Shown: positions 51,101 through 64,000 of the stretch, piece after piece
How positions within the stretch are numbered: position 1 is the stretch's first letter
Layout: each line of letters opens with the position of its first letter
Source: Antedon mediterranea
Taxonomy: Eukaryota; Animalia; Echinodermata
Direction of reading: 5' to 3'
NCBI RefSeq assembly: GCF_964355755.1
Contig: NC_092679.1
Location: forward strand, 18,893,432 to 18,957,431
DNA length: 64,000 nucleotides
Position numbers and translations under genes: made by a program
The notes under the pieces: model-generated
What the model saw: only the letters and a program-made list of their open reading frames with translations
Told to the model about the DNA's origin: nothing
The model's database searches: none

Positions 51101-51211
51101 ATTGTTTCTATAGCCTTAGGAGTCATCCTTCTTGTAGGATTGTGTGTGATCGTAGTAGTTGTAATTAAAAGAAAGAAGCTTATTGGAAGAAAGGGATATG
51201 TAAAAGTTTAA
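42117..51211 (+). CDS. Phospholipase B1-like SGNH/GDSL lipase, single domain, type I membrane protein (paralog A)
   Basis: Signal peptide; [58 protein letters not shown] (DxxH), LWNNM, TM helix, tail GYVKV*. Exons 42117-42222, 43003-43062, 43452-43522, 44578-44644, 44924-44982, 45791-45858, 47104-47147, 47724-47832, 48403-48601, 49090-49178, 49528-49603, 49889-49993, 50195-50290, 50852-51211. Confidence 0.92.
42385..42582. mobile_element. Inverted-repeat remnant, probably a Penelope-like 3' end, containing a hammerhead core
   Basis: ~37-bp inverted repeat CTATAACGAGGCATTTAATAAAAAGGCAAAT(T/A)GCCTT; minus-strand CUGAUGA(U)GAGAA-UAGU-UUCUC-GAAAC-AU-GUC at 42432-42470. Confidence 0.65.
45143..45413. 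mobile_element. Tc1/mariner-like MITE (degenerate)
   Basis: TA-CCGTATATCTTCAGGTATAATCCCAC ... GTGGGATTACCAGAGAATATTCAG-TA; internal GGGTATAGTCCCAC repeats. Confidence 0.55.
48051..48083. other. P-like transposon excision footprint (16+17 nt of TIR)
   Basis: GTTTATT-CATGGAGTAAAGAATA-TTATTCTTTACTCCATG-GTTTATT: 7-bp TSD around fused TIR ends identical to those of 31891-34249. Confidence 0.8.
48837..49032. mobile_element. Harbinger-like MITE family A copy with internal 21-bp tandem expansion
   Basis: Family A TIRs; ATATGGTAGTGATATGCCCA(G/A) repeated about 4 times; adjacent to another copy at 48641-48796. Confidence 0.78.
49452..49477. other. P-like transposon excision footprint (13+13 nt of TIR)
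   Basis: CCCTAAT-CATGGAGTAAAGA-TCTTTACTCCATG-CCCTAAT: perfect 7-bp TSD. Confidence 0.8.
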
Positions 51212-53434
51212 GATATTAAATGTGCAGCAAATACAGGTCACCTAAATAAAGATTTATTAACACCATGTAATCGTATTCACCATCCATGCATTAGGCTAAT
51301 GGAAACATATTTCAAATTTTAAAAGTCTTGTGTTGTATTTAAATCAATAACATTTTAAGCTCTGTCTACACTATCAAACCAGTTTGACAAAAAAAAGTGT
51401 GATATACCCAAATATGGTAGTGATATAACATCATCATGTCCATATATGGGCACATCACACTTTTTTGTCACATAAAGTTTGATAGTGTAGACAGAGATAA
51501 GAGAAGTTTCTTTTTAATGAATTCTGATCAGAATTTAAAGGAAATTAGTGGTCTTGTTTGGTGAATATGGCCACTATTTTCCTAGATATAAAAACAAATA
51601 GTGAATTGGAGAGCACCTGTATTTCCATGCTAAGCAAAAGAAGAAGAAGAAGAAGAAAAATGCAAAATACAATGCAGGTAGATAAGATAGTTATATTATT
51701 ATTATTAAGATAATTGTCTCATTTTGTTTTATCTAATTATGTATATTTTAAATCATCTAACTTTACTATCTACTTTAAACAAATCCTTGGAAAAATCATA
51801 CAACTATGATTGGTTTCCTTAGTATATTATTTAGAAATACAATTATTGTTGATAATGAGTACAAATTTGTATATAATGAAATATATTAATGATATAAGTG
51901 TATATTACAAGTTACAAAATGTGTTTTTACTCATCACTGTTTAGTGCTTATTATTATGTTATTATATGTTGATATAGAGTTTGTGGTACACGACGTATAT
52001 TAGTTATGAAAAGAACTGTTGAGTTTCTCAAAGTTTCGATCAATATATCAGGAGTGAGTTATGTTATAATTGTGTTTTGGCATAGGGCTGTCACCTGAGT
52101 GCGTTATGTTAATCTGTGTGGCTAAAATAAAGTATTATAACAAAATATCCTTTTTTTAATCTTGTATATGTTTAAATGAGTTTTTTGTATTATATGTATT
52201 AAAATTAAATGTTAAAATATTGATATTTTGATATTATACTTATTTTCACACAACTCCATCAAAGTCTGAAGAGCCTAAACCTTTGTTTTTAACCCAGTTT
52301 GTTTCCTTAACCCAGTTTGTTTTTTTTAACCCAGTGATCCATATCTTTCAATATATTAGGTCATGCATGATATTGGAAAGTTGAGATCTTTGCAAAACCT
52401 TTTCTAACTGGTCAACAAAGGAATAGTGTTTTATGAAAAGCTTTCTTTCTGATGGTTTTATTTTGCTTTAGCTTTTTGCTTATATTATTGTATCTCCTTG
52501 AGATCCAGCCTCTGGTAGTACCCACTACATTGTTGTTTAATTCATTTGCCGCCTTTGGATTGAAATAAGGTACCTATATTTTCATCCTTTTGTACCTTAC
52601 ATTGTTTATGTACTTGATAGGTGTATTTATTCTACTTGACTAGTATGTATTGGTTCCTGATTACGGTTGTTAAGGAGTTGATTCAAAGTTTACTCAACGT
52701 TGATTGTTTTTCAGTTTCAGTCATATGACCTGTCAGAACTAATCTTTAATCTTTGACCTTTAATATCAGATATTTATGTGTGTATTTTGCAATATCTTGA
52801 TATTGTGAATGAACATGTGACATGTTCATGAATGTTTAGTAATAATCCACTAGATTGAATAATAACTCTATGGTAAGTATAAATGTCATGGTGTAGTTTG
52901 AATTGTAATTGTTTAAACCATAAGCTATACAAACATAGCAAGTTGTCTATTTCTATATACAAATTATTCAGACAATAGTTTTTGCAGGTTTTTGTATTGT
53001 TAAGTTCCATGTAAGAACAGGTGTTATTCAATTATGGATTATTTTAAAGTATGTGATATTTTTGCCCTTATTTAAATGTGTCTCAGTAGTATTCAATGAC
53101 TAGTATATAATATGCATTGTGTTGGAGGGGGCTGCATGATACAGCTATTCTATTGTACCTGTTTTAAAGGTATGTTTACACAGGATTTTGTGACATATTA
53201 CTACAGTAGGTCAGTGATATACGTACCAAAGTAATAAAATGTACATAGGAGGAACATTTTGTTATAACTTCACCTTTAAAGAGGAAAAACTGCTGGATAC
53301 CGTGCACAGCGTCGCTAATACAAACAAACTTGTCACTTGAAATTGCGTAAAGTTATTCTTTGTTTTCATATGGATTACTAAACTAATTGAATTATTCTAT
53401 ATTTTCTATCAACAGTATATTTGAAAACATTGTA

Positions 53435-56400
53435 ATGCGCATACACTTATATTGTGTTCTGTTTCTACTTGTATTTTCATCTACCTCTTGCTATAACTGT
53501 AAGTACAAGCATTCTATGTGTGCTTTGAAAATAAATCATTCTGTCATTTTAAAATAACTTTTGAAATTTGGACCAGTTTTTACAATTTTTTAATTTAATT
53601 GGTATATCATTGAAATAATTATTTTATTGAAAATGTGTAGCTTTTATATAAGCAATATGTAACACATCAATAACTAAGGGCAAAACGCCAAAATGTATTC
53701 AATACTATGTTTTTACATATAAATTTATATGTTTGTACTTTATTGTTAACTGTTTTTAATGTATTGCTTTATGTTTCAAACCTGTTAGTGGCGGTAATTA
53801 TCGCTGCTGGTTTCGATAAAATAAATAACTTCATACAAAATGCTTATTTTGTTATACAGCAAGATGGCAACGATTTAAAGAGATTGTTGCTGGATTGCAA
53901 GAATATGATGAACAGTTACAGAATCTGAATAAAGCTGGACATGACCCACAAGGTGAAGAAATCAAGGTATGAAGGTGAAGTCAAGGGGTGCTACTCCGCT
54001 GCCTAAATTCACAAGCATAAACTGCCTAGCAAAATCCAAAAAATTAGAAATACATGTATTTCAACCCAGAACCTTCTGCTTGAAATGCAGACGTCCTACC
54101 ATTAGACCATTAAAGTTCAATTGGATAGTGACTTTTTAATACTCTCGACGTGGTATGATGAAATAACATGTTAATGTGTTAATCTAATCATCATTATTAT
54201 TTTCTATTAGAATGAATTCATGTCTGACTTTCCCTGTCCACCGTCCAAATCAACCGAAAAACCAAAATCAGGTATGTTCTTATTTTTTTGGTTTTTTTTG
54301 TATGTCAAATTGATTCTGCTGCAGTAATTTTTTTTTACTGCAATAATAACGTATTGTTTTTGTTTCAATTTATGAGCATATGAGTCACTTTCAAATGTAT
54401 ATTGCAACCAAAAAACTTGATAAGCGTAAACAAAATATTGCTACTGCAGTAACTGCAGGTGGAATAATTTGACATGATTCCTAACAAAACTGTAGTTTCA
54501 TTTATTTTTCCCTGTTATGCTTTTTTCTGTATTAGTCTACTATGCTTTATTTTAATCTTTATGATATATGATATTGTACATTGTATTTAAAAGCTGATGA
54601 CATAGACGCTATAACAATTATGAATAACAAAGTTATATCTTTTTTTGTAGTCAATCAGTTGCGGCCAGGTGATATTGATGTTATTGCAGCATTAGGGGAC
54701 TCATTAACTGTAAGAATTATTTTCACATCATTGGAATATTTGTAAAATATTGGATTTAAAAAAAAGACATTTTAATTACCGGTATAAGAATTTCTTTTAA
54801 AATATTTATATTATATATATATATATTTATTTTTGAAGGCTGCAAATGGAGCTGAGGCACGTACATTAATTGGTGTTTTAACTCAATTTAGAGGAGTTTC
54901 TTGGTCGTAAGTTTTGTTTAAATTTGTATTATTATCCCATAACTTTTTGTAAATGGGGACCTCTACTGGACTAAGTTAACTCTGATTACATACCTTTAAA
55001 ATTATGTAAGAATTAATTGGTAATTATTTGCTTTTTCTTTCTCTTAGGATTGGTGGTGATGATGATATAACCGAAATTCGAAGTCTAGGAAGTAAGAGAA
55101 ACAAATTGTTTAGAAATTGTTTCGTAGTCTTTGGAAAATTTACTGTAGCTTGGTGCCTACAATGTGATATACAACTATATAGGCACTTATTACTCTGTTC
55201 TATCCAGGCTGTTTACTTTACTTACTTAATACTTTTTTCTTTAAGATGTATTCAAATACTACAACCCATCAGTTTACGGATACTCAACAGGTACAGGAAA
55301 TGAAAAAAGAGCCAATTCTAAATTTAATGTAGCCGTTCCAGGGGCTGTATCGGAGTAAGTGTCATGGTAAATGTTTTCAAAATAATGTCCAGTGGCTGTA
55401 TAATGAATATATTCCATTGTTGTTAATAGTCATGGATGACTTGAAGGTATACAATAATACTAATACGGTAATAGAATCCTCATTGACATAGGACATATTT
55501 ATGTATTACTCAATACATAATCTGTTTACACAGTACTATATTTCATGCAATGTTCTTTTTTTTTTATTGATGTCTTTACTACAAATGAAAGTTCATACAA
55601 ATTTGTTTTGCTTTATAGGGACATGGCAGTACAAGCTGGTGAACTTATAAAGAGGTTGAAAAATGATCCAAACACAGACTTCTACAATGATTGGAAAATC
55701 ATCACTTTATTCATTGGGGGAAACGATCTATGTGGATGGTGCGACAATCAGGAAAGATTCACGGGTGATCAGTTTGAGGCCAACATAAAAGAAGCGCTAG
55801 ACATTTTCCACAGCACTGTAAGTTTCAAAATTGTCTGTCTTGACTAATAGTATCTGGTCCTAACGCTTTGTACCCACTAGGATGCAACGCAAGGATGTAA
55901 GCCGCAACATAAACGAATTGATCAATCAAAAGCAATGGATTTCTTGCTTCAAGATTTTTTCGTAATGTTAACCATAAACTTCAGGTAGAGAAACTGTCAT
56001 ATTTTTTTTTGTGTTATATAAAGAATGTCTTGTGTGTTTGCAGGTGCCCAGGGCTCTTGTAAATGTGGTGAACATCATGGACCTCACACAGTTGTCATTG
56101 TTAAAGGGAGTTGTATGTAGTGTTGTTCATCTGTAAGTAACATGCACATTTGAGTTGAGTTACCAAGCAGGCAGAGGCATATGGCCATAGGCTAGAATCA
56201 GCACAGGCTCTTCTCGATCATAGTTCTGATACAAATCTTCAGTGGATGGACTTAAAACTGAAGGTCCAGTGTACATATATGACTTGTATAGCACAAGAAT
56301 AGGAGTTACCCGTAGTGGTGTAACGCAGAGGCCTGAGGCCCCTGGTTTGAAAACCTTAAGTGGTTCTCCAACGCTGGAGGCCTTGGGCATTTTTAGCCTT

Positions 56401-58775
56401 TTTCGACATATTTTTATGCCTGGTTTTCCTCTGTGTACTGCTTAGGGGCCCCCATAACCTCTTGGGCCGTTTAGCCATTGAGCGCTCATAGTCGATACGC
56501 CACTGGTTACCCTGATGTACTGGTGCATATCAGCTCCTGTCGTTCATGGTAGGCGCTGCACTGTGGCTGCCATTGGTTCATAGAGGACCTAATTTAAACA
56601 AACAAAATCAATTGTGTGATGAAGCACAAAAAAATAGTTTATGAGTTATTATTAATACATTAAAGTACTATTCTATTCATAGAAGTATGGTAATTAAACA
56701 CAATTATATATTAAAATATTTAATAACAATAATTTTAATAGTGCTATTTGCTCATGTGCTGTGTATGGCGAAAGGATTCATCAGGTTTCAGATTTGAGCC
56801 AACAGTACAATCAATTAGTTGAGAAACTTATTCTGAGTGAACGTTATGATACCAGAGAGGATTTTACAGTGGTCCTGCAGCCGTTTTTATCACATGCTAA
56901 AATACCACTGGATAAGGTAATAAGATTCTGCTATTATGTATTATACTTTAGGAGGAATATTGTTCAACGTCAACAGACCATAATATTCAAAATATTTGTG
57001 ATCAATGTGAATAGTGGTTTAATGCATTGGAACAGCACATTTGTTTGAAAGTTTGTTGTTGAATTATAAATACCTTTCCATTGTGTGATGGTAATATCAC
57101 ATTTTATATTCTTTTTTTATGGCATTTAGGAAGGAAATGGTGACCTTACATATTTTGCTCCGGACTGCTTCCATTTCAGTTTAAAGAGTCATGCAACAAG
57201 TTCTATTGCTTTATGGAATAACATGGTAAGTGTTTAATATGATTTACTTAAATACCAAAAAGGTTCAAAAGTAAACAAATTGTAGTTACTGCAGTAATAT
57301 GATCCATTGATTTAATTAAACTCTTTTAAACCATTTATAACTATTATTGGTTACTATGAAATTGTGATAGAGGATCATCAAATAGTTTGGCTTACATATA
57401 GCCGTTTTTGTGAGCCGGCGTCCTCCTATGTTAGTTACAGTTGATATTCTAAAATAGAACTTAAACTTGAAGATTAAATTTTCATTAGTATTATATCAAT
57501 CAAATAACAGAAAAAAATACTTAGAATAGAAAACTTATAAATGATTCTTACAAACATATATAAGCAGCTAATATTAGTACTATTTCTTCATTACACTGTA
57601 GTTTTATTATCTTTATTATGTGAAATTGTATAGATACAACCTGTAGGGGGTAAGGCAGATGTGGTGAACGTGGATGACAAATACAATTGTCCATCACAGG
57701 TAAGCTAAGAAAATGAACCAATGGTTTCTCCCCACTATATCCCTGGAAAGTTATCACATGTTTATCACATGTTACTTCTGTAATCATCAGAAAATTCTTT
57801 TCATATAATACATGATGATTTATCTTTGACAGTGGTTTTTGCTGCAATGCAGTGTTGACTAAGTCAGTGGCCTTCCAATCCTAGACCTCTGGGTTCAAAT
57901 CCAATTTTTTTTTTTAACTTGTGACACAACTGCACTCTGCTACAAGAATAATATTTATAATAAATAAAATATTTCTAATTTAATTTTACAAAGAGATCTG
58001 TTATATAATATATATTATAGAATATATAAATAAAATAGTAAATTATATGTGCAGCCACGGCCGGTCAAATGTCCATCAATGGAGGGCATATGACCCCACA
58101 CATCACCCACACCCCTTTTATTCTCTCATGCAGGCCACCGAAGATGACATATAATGAAAATGTGTTATTTATCATTGACTGGTGGTACATTCTAACTTTA
58201 TAGTCTTGCATTGCCCATAAGCTTTGCAATTTTTTTTCTGGCTGTTTTATTTCATCGTTGTATTGTCTTATTTTATTTGTATCTCCATTGAGATCATCCA
58301 CTGATACCCGCAGCATTGTCATTATTTTCAGTGCTTATTTTATTTGTATCTCCATTGAGATTATCCACTGATACCCACAGCATTGTCATTTTTCAGTGCT
58401 TATTTTATTTGTATCTCCATTGAGATCATCCACTGATACCCACAGCATTGTCGTTTTCCAGTGCTTATTTTATTTTTATCTCCATTGAGATCCAGCCACT
58501 GATACCCACAGCATTGTCACTTAGTAATTTGCCTTGGATTTATATATATTTTCTAGATATTTCCATACTTGTACACGAACCTGAACAGTGAGCCCGATTG
58601 GCAACCACGATATCCTGAACCACTGGCCAACTCTGCAGACTCGAACTCAAAGTCTAAAATGTCAGCTGTGCATGTTATAGTTGTTACGATGTTGTCATTG
58701 ATCGGTGTCATTTTAATATTACTTGTTGTTTTTATGCGAGTTAAAGTACAGCGATTTTCATACCATACAATATAA
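53435..58775 (+). CDS. Phospholipase B1-like SGNH/GDSL lipase, single domain, type I membrane protein (paralog B)
   Basis: Signal peptide [19 protein letters not shown]; [74 protein letters not shown] helix, tail FSYHTI*. Core intron positions match paralog A. Confidence 0.92.
56313..56505. mobile_element. hAT-like MITE inserted in a decayed SINE
   Basis: TIR TAGTGGTGTAACG / CGATACGCCACTG; 8-bp TSD GTTACCCG (56305-56312) / GTTACCCT (56506-56513). Confidence 0.75.
58267..58519. repeat. Minisatellite, 4 x ~65-67 bp
   Basis: TATTTTATTTGTATCTCCATTGAGATCATCCACTGATACCCACAGCATTGTC at about 58269, 58336, 58401, 58466. Confidence 0.92.
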
Positions 58776-59759
58776 CACTGTAATCTTTACATGAAATCTC
58801 AGTGGCTGACTTGTCAACACAAACGTACCAGCCGATGCATTCATTTGATGCATTTTTTATTCTCGAGGCTAGGTTTTTTTAAATTATTATTTTTGACACC
58901 AAAAAAGGATTTTCATCCTACTATAGATTGATTACAGACCATTTGAACACAAGCACAATTTCACATTGTATTGTTTAAAGATGTATTGTTCCCCAAAAAC
59001 ATGAAAAATGAAGATTAATAAAACAGACTTTAAAAAGTTATTCACTTCTGTAAAAACAAAAAAGAAAAAAAAAATATTTCCCTTATAAAAAGACAAAAGA
59101 GTAAGTATTTCTTTTCAGGTAAATAAGTTTTTGGTCAAAGTGAATAACTATTATGTGACATTAAAATGGTATATTAAACAAACAATTAGAAAAAAAAAAT
59201 TTGTTTAGAGGGACAATATATCTTTTTGTAAATATTTATTGAGTGTTGCAGCATACCGGTATGGTGTTATGTACGAATATGCCTATGCAAAATTAGTAGT
59301 AGGATATCATGTGAATATTAAAGTCATCAATGCAATTAGATATCTTAACTTAATTAATCCATGAAGTACTTGTTATGTATTTGTAGTTAAATGTACAGTA
59401 CCTATGGAATGTGGTTAAGATTATGCATATAGGTAAACATTTACTTCTATGGTTTTTGTAAAGAAATCAATATATTTTTTAAATAGTCTACGCGTGAGTG
59501 TCGCCTTTTTTCTTGTTGTGGTTGAAATTTAAATGAAAGTTAGAGCTATAGATACTATGGCACTCCATACGATTTAAATTCATGTTGCTGTCGTGTTATT
59601 GCATAGTTATAATGCTATACCTCTTCATCAGGGATTTCGTAAAATTTTGGACACAATTAATTATAAACACTTGGTCGGTGACGTATATCTTTCTCTCATT
59701 GCTTCTTCCTGCAAATTATATCGTAGAAGTATCCATGTGAGAGGCTACGTTTATGCGTT

Positions 59760-59951
59760 AAGCTTGGTTCCCACTAGCGACGCAACGTAACGCAACGAAA
59801 GAAAATGCTCTTCCAATCATTGTGTTTGCCCCCGCCTGCGTGAAATCAAACCTACGATGTTTGCAACACTATTGCATCGTCTGTTCCCACTTGTGATTAC
59901 GCAATACAGCACTTTGTGTCGCTGCGTTGCGTTCTAGTGGGAACCACGCTT
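59760..59951. mobile_element. Harbinger-like MITE family B
   Basis: TIR AAGCTTGGTTCCCACTAG / CTAGTGGGAACCACGCTT with internal ACGCAACG repeats. Second copy ~61319-61463; fragments near 55870, 60790 and 62615. Confidence 0.75.
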
Positions 59952-60507
59952 GCAGATGCAAGGCGTGAGGATGTGCTATTTATTTATAGTTATCGTAACT
60001 TAAAGCTCTGCATTTATCTTCGTTCTTTTTAAATTTTTCTTAATATTTATACGTTAAATTAATTATTTCAACATATCGCATTCAATGATGATTGTTTATG
60101 TTTATGCTGGTTTTTGTTGGCAATAAAGTAAAAAAAAAGTAGGACACCAACGCAAGTAATTGGCCAATACAAGCGACAAAGTCAGGAACGAAATAAATCT
60201 ATAATAATTAAACACATCTTCTGTTTAAATGAGGCTTGACCATAAGGTACTTTCCGTTTGAAATTAAAAAGCAAATACATATGGTTTTCTATAGATATGA
60301 TATTGAAAATAATATTAACGTTATTGATTTAAACAAATCTCTTTTTACTAAAATTAATTAAACTAAAATATTGGTTATTAACCGAATAATAAATGTGTAT
60401 GTTTTATATTAAATGTATTGATTTTAACGAGGTCATCATTTAAAATAACATATTTTGTTTACTTCTCAGGACAATATTCAAGGACATTTTGAACAGAATT
60501 ATTGCTA

Positions 60508-60515
60508 TATATAAA
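60508..60515 (+). promoter_or_regulatory. TATA box of astacin gene
   Basis: TATATAAA about 50 bp upstream of ATG 60566, with an Inr-like CCAGT near 60534. Confidence 0.6.
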
Positions 60516-60565
60516 GGTCCTACTTTTACCAGACCAGTGTAGCGATCCCCAACCGTGAGTTCAAC

Positions 60566-63500
60566 ATGTCGAAGATATTCGGTTTTTTACTCCTGACACT
60601 GTTTGTTATCAACTGTAGCGATGCCAGGCCATCTAACCAGGTAAGATACGATCGTTTTATAAAGTAATTATTGTCTTCCCACCACTAGGATTCAAAGCAA
60701 TTATTAAATTATTACACCATAATATTGGTCAAATACTTTGCTCGTCCGAGCTGTAGTGTAACAACGTATTATAACTTTATCTCCAATTGGACAAATCACT
60801 TGCGTTACTACTTTATTACGTTACTCTCTTGCATTGCCTGATTTACGTGTATAGATTCACATTTCCCATGTACACCCTTCTCTGAGCGTACGCCCTGTTT
60901 CAGAAATCCTCTATCCGCCCTTAACTTCTTGTTATCAGTATTTTGAATTTCTGTTTTCAGGTACCTAAGTTCAACCAGGAGCCACCTGAAGAGGAGGAGT
61001 CCGAAGGCACGATTGAAAGTGATATAAAACTAACGCCTGAGCAATTAGAAGAGTACAAACAAAATCCAGAATTGGCTAAAAGAAAATTAATTGATAGCAC
61101 AATCAGACGATGGCCAGGCGCTATAGTCTCATACGAGATCGATTCAGTAACAAGTAAGTACAGTAAAGTGAGGCCTATCGACGGTCATCAGGTGCCTATA
61201 ATGTTTTTTCAGTCGTGGCCTTGTTATGGGGTGTGTGTGTGAAGTTTTGGATAATTTTTTACTATATTATATTCTTTAAATATTATTATTATATACTTTA
61301 AACGAAAATATATGTTTAAGGCTGGTTCCCACTAGAACGTAACGCAAGGACGAAAACGCAACGAAAGCGTTTTAATCAATGACAAGCGAAGTTATAGACA
61401 GATTGGTCAATTCACTTGCGTTGCGTTACGTCCTTGCGTTGCGTCGCTAGTGGGAACCACGCTTTAGAGTTGACAACAAATGTTTCCTAGTTGCAATGAT
61501 TTTAATTTGATTGTATACAATAACCGACACACTGGCATGTCAATCGCTATACTAAATAGGGTTTAATGAAGAAAATACGATTGTATTATTAATAAATAAA
61601 AACTTTATCGTAACGATGACTTGCTAAGATTTATTAATGACGTCTATTTTCAAAGATATCATTATATTATATATTTTAATATAGTATTTGTATACATTTT
61701 TTTTATTGTTTATACAAATTTATAATCTAAAATTTTTTTTATCTAATCAGTGCCAATACCTACTAGATATTGAGTTCACTTTTTATGAATCTTATCTCTG
61801 CCTGGTCGTGTGTGTTGTTTTTACCACATTTTGTATTGTATTTTTCATGTAGAAAAAATAAAATGAAATAAAATTACAAAATAAGGTAGGCCCACAATAC
61901 TATAATGTTCCATATTTTAGTTAATGGTTCACTAAAAATAATATTTTGAAAATATGACGATAAAAGTGAAATGAAATAAACGATTTTTAATTGAAAGATC
62001 CAGACGAATCAGCCATCATTGCCGGAATTAACCACTGGGAGGAACACACATGTCTCAGCTTCCATAGAACATCAAGTGTTGCTGAAAGAATTTTATTTGT
62101 AAAGGAAAGTGGGTACGTATACTGTTTTAATGGTTAATGGTTTGTAAATTTATATAGCGCAAAATACAAATAGTCTCAATGTGCTGTTTAGCACAAGTGT
62201 AAAAATGAAAAAGCCTAATAAACCGAATAAATTGACCAAGGCAACAGAAAATATTCCGAAAACAGAATCTCACATCACCACCACCTTCACTATACCAAGA
62301 GAAGAGTTAGTATAGCAATATACAGTATATAATTTAATATGAGTAAGAGATAACTATCGTCTGGTTAAATTGCTCGATATATATCAGGGGGAAAATGTGG
62401 TTACTTCATATAGTACTTTATGACACGACAAATTTGTTTCGCAGGGCTAAACACACTCATCAGGCGAATCAAATTAATTTTATTTTTTACACAACTATCG
62501 ATTGTTGCCATTGGTTAACTTGCTTGTGTCTACGTCATTGCGGTGCGTTTCTAGTAGGGCCCTATAGTGAGAAGGAAGGTTTACCGCAATATATGCCTAT
62601 ACTAATTGCGTTAAACCTTCGTTCCCACTATACTAGAAACGACCAATGACAACCAATAGTTCGAATAATCCATTACTTGTGATTGGTCAAATCACTTATG
62701 TTGCGCGTCCTTGTGTTGCGTCTGGAACGAACGAAACACAGGCGCGTTCACAAAGTATCATTATTCATGAATCATGATCATGATCAAAAGAAGCTGTTCA
62801 TATAGAAATCATATCATGATCTACTTATGCTAATGAGGTGTTTTATTACATACAAGTTGTACCAATAAGGTTGTGGGCAATGACTTGGGAAATGCTGATT
62901 GGTTCATTCTCTTTTATAAATGAATGCATCGCGTTTAAACTAGGCTAATCATGATGTCAGCCAGTGTTATCCACTAGATCACATAAGGACGATAATGTTT
63001 GAATAATATTTGATAATTTTAGGTTCGCATAACTTCGACTGGTTTGATCATAATGAACAATTGTTTTTCATTTTTTTTTCATTTTCTTTGCTTTGAAATG
63101 TAACATCATTGTTTTATTATGGTGTATTATTTTTGTTCATAGATGCTGGTCATATATTGGGAAGTTAGACAATGTTCAGAAGTTGTCGATCGGCGACGGC
63201 TGTACTGGTGTAAGTTACAGATTTTATTATATAGCCTGAAGTTTATATAGCTTGCTGCTTGGTGATTAAGATGTTAGGTTAAAATCCTGTCGGATATCAA
63301 GATATTTTGTTAGCATCTGATAACCACCGCAAATTCCTTATTTTACATATAAAGAATATTTATTATTATATTAGTATTTAATATTAGACTTGCCACAAGT
63401 CTGTAGTTTAATTGTTTTTAAATGTTTAGTCCACTAGTCGGTATTTCGATTGTTGTGCAAGATCAAGTATTATACGTATGAAACGCTATAAATGCCAAAA

Positions 63501-63860
63501 TATTTACTAGTATCTTTTTACTAATTTCGGTCAAGAACCTAGATAAACAAATGTTGATGATAAACCCGCGAACATACGTAAAATGTCACATTTTCGAATC
63601 CGACTGAAGAGGTAGACCTATATCGAAAATGCTCATAAAAAAGTTTTTGGTTTTCTTAACAGCTTGGAACCGTGGCCCATGAAATTGGACATGCAATTGG
63701 ATTTTTCCACGAACAGTCACGACCAGACCGAGACAATTATGTTGAAATACGTCTTGAAAACGTAGAAGCTGGAAAAGAACATAACTTTGAAAAATCTACT
63801 TCTATTGACACTATGGGTGTTCCGTATGACATCACATCAGTGATGCATTACGGGAAATAT
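60566..63860 (+). CDS. Astacin-family zinc metalloprotease (SpAN/BP10/tolloid-like), partial, continues beyond window
   Basis: Exons 60566-60640, 60961-61153, 61998-62112, 63143-63209, 63663-63860. Signal peptide, prodomain IESDI, KR site, [36 protein letters not shown], Met-turn SVMHY. Confidence 0.95.
62424..62466 (-). ncRNA. Degenerate minimal type I hammerhead (same family as 39977-40032)
   Basis: Minus: CGC-CUGAUGA-GUGUGUUUAGCCCUGC-GAAAC-AAAUUU-GUC-GUG. Core and palindromic stem III intact; stem II weakened. Confidence 0.6.
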
Positions 63861-64000
63861 GTAAGTATAATTTGTTTATAATATTTAATTTTTAAAGCAT
63901 GTATATATGCAGTGATAAGAGAAAGACGGTTACAAAATACGTCTTCTTGCCATGGAAAGGGCTCTGATAGGGATCAGCTGCAATAAAGGTAAATTCAACA

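Noticed and set aside
57850-57905. tRNA-like sequence (also near 49675-49715 and 54060-54110)
   Set aside because: Only B-box-like GGTTCAA and partial arms; no complete cloverleaf. These look like decayed SINE heads.
58267-58519. 65-bp repeats as C/D box snoRNA cluster
   Set aside because: CTGA is present but there is no RTGATGA box C on the host-gene strand; a simple minisatellite.

Overview
AT-rich, intron-rich animal genomic DNA, probably from a marine invertebrate deuterostome such as an echinoderm (inferred from gene content and repeats, not proven). From left to right the window holds a very young intact BEL/Pao LTR retrotransposon (543-7826), an AT-rich ~142-bp tandem array, and eight spliced genes reconstructed by hand: CCS (-), MBIP (+), KIZ (-), an arylsulfatase (+), SIRT2 (-) with a long basic repeat tail, two tandem single-domain PLB1-like lipases (+), and an astacin protease (+) that runs off the window end. 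Introns carry non-autonomous DNA transposons (P-like, Sola2-like, Kolobok-like, hAT-like, Harbinger-like), a tRNA-derived SINE, and Penelope-like remnants with hammerhead ribozymes. Top observation: the BEL element has no tRNA primer-binding site, but removing a 47-nt GT-AG segment in its LTR creates a 12-nt sequence exactly complementary to the 12 nt right after the 5' LTR. This suggests splicing-dependent self-priming of reverse transcription. Also notable are P-element-type excision footprints, a hammerhead in sense orientation in a SIRT2 intron, and a tandem array of TCF/LEF sites. All coordinates and alignments were read by eye; no database searches were run.
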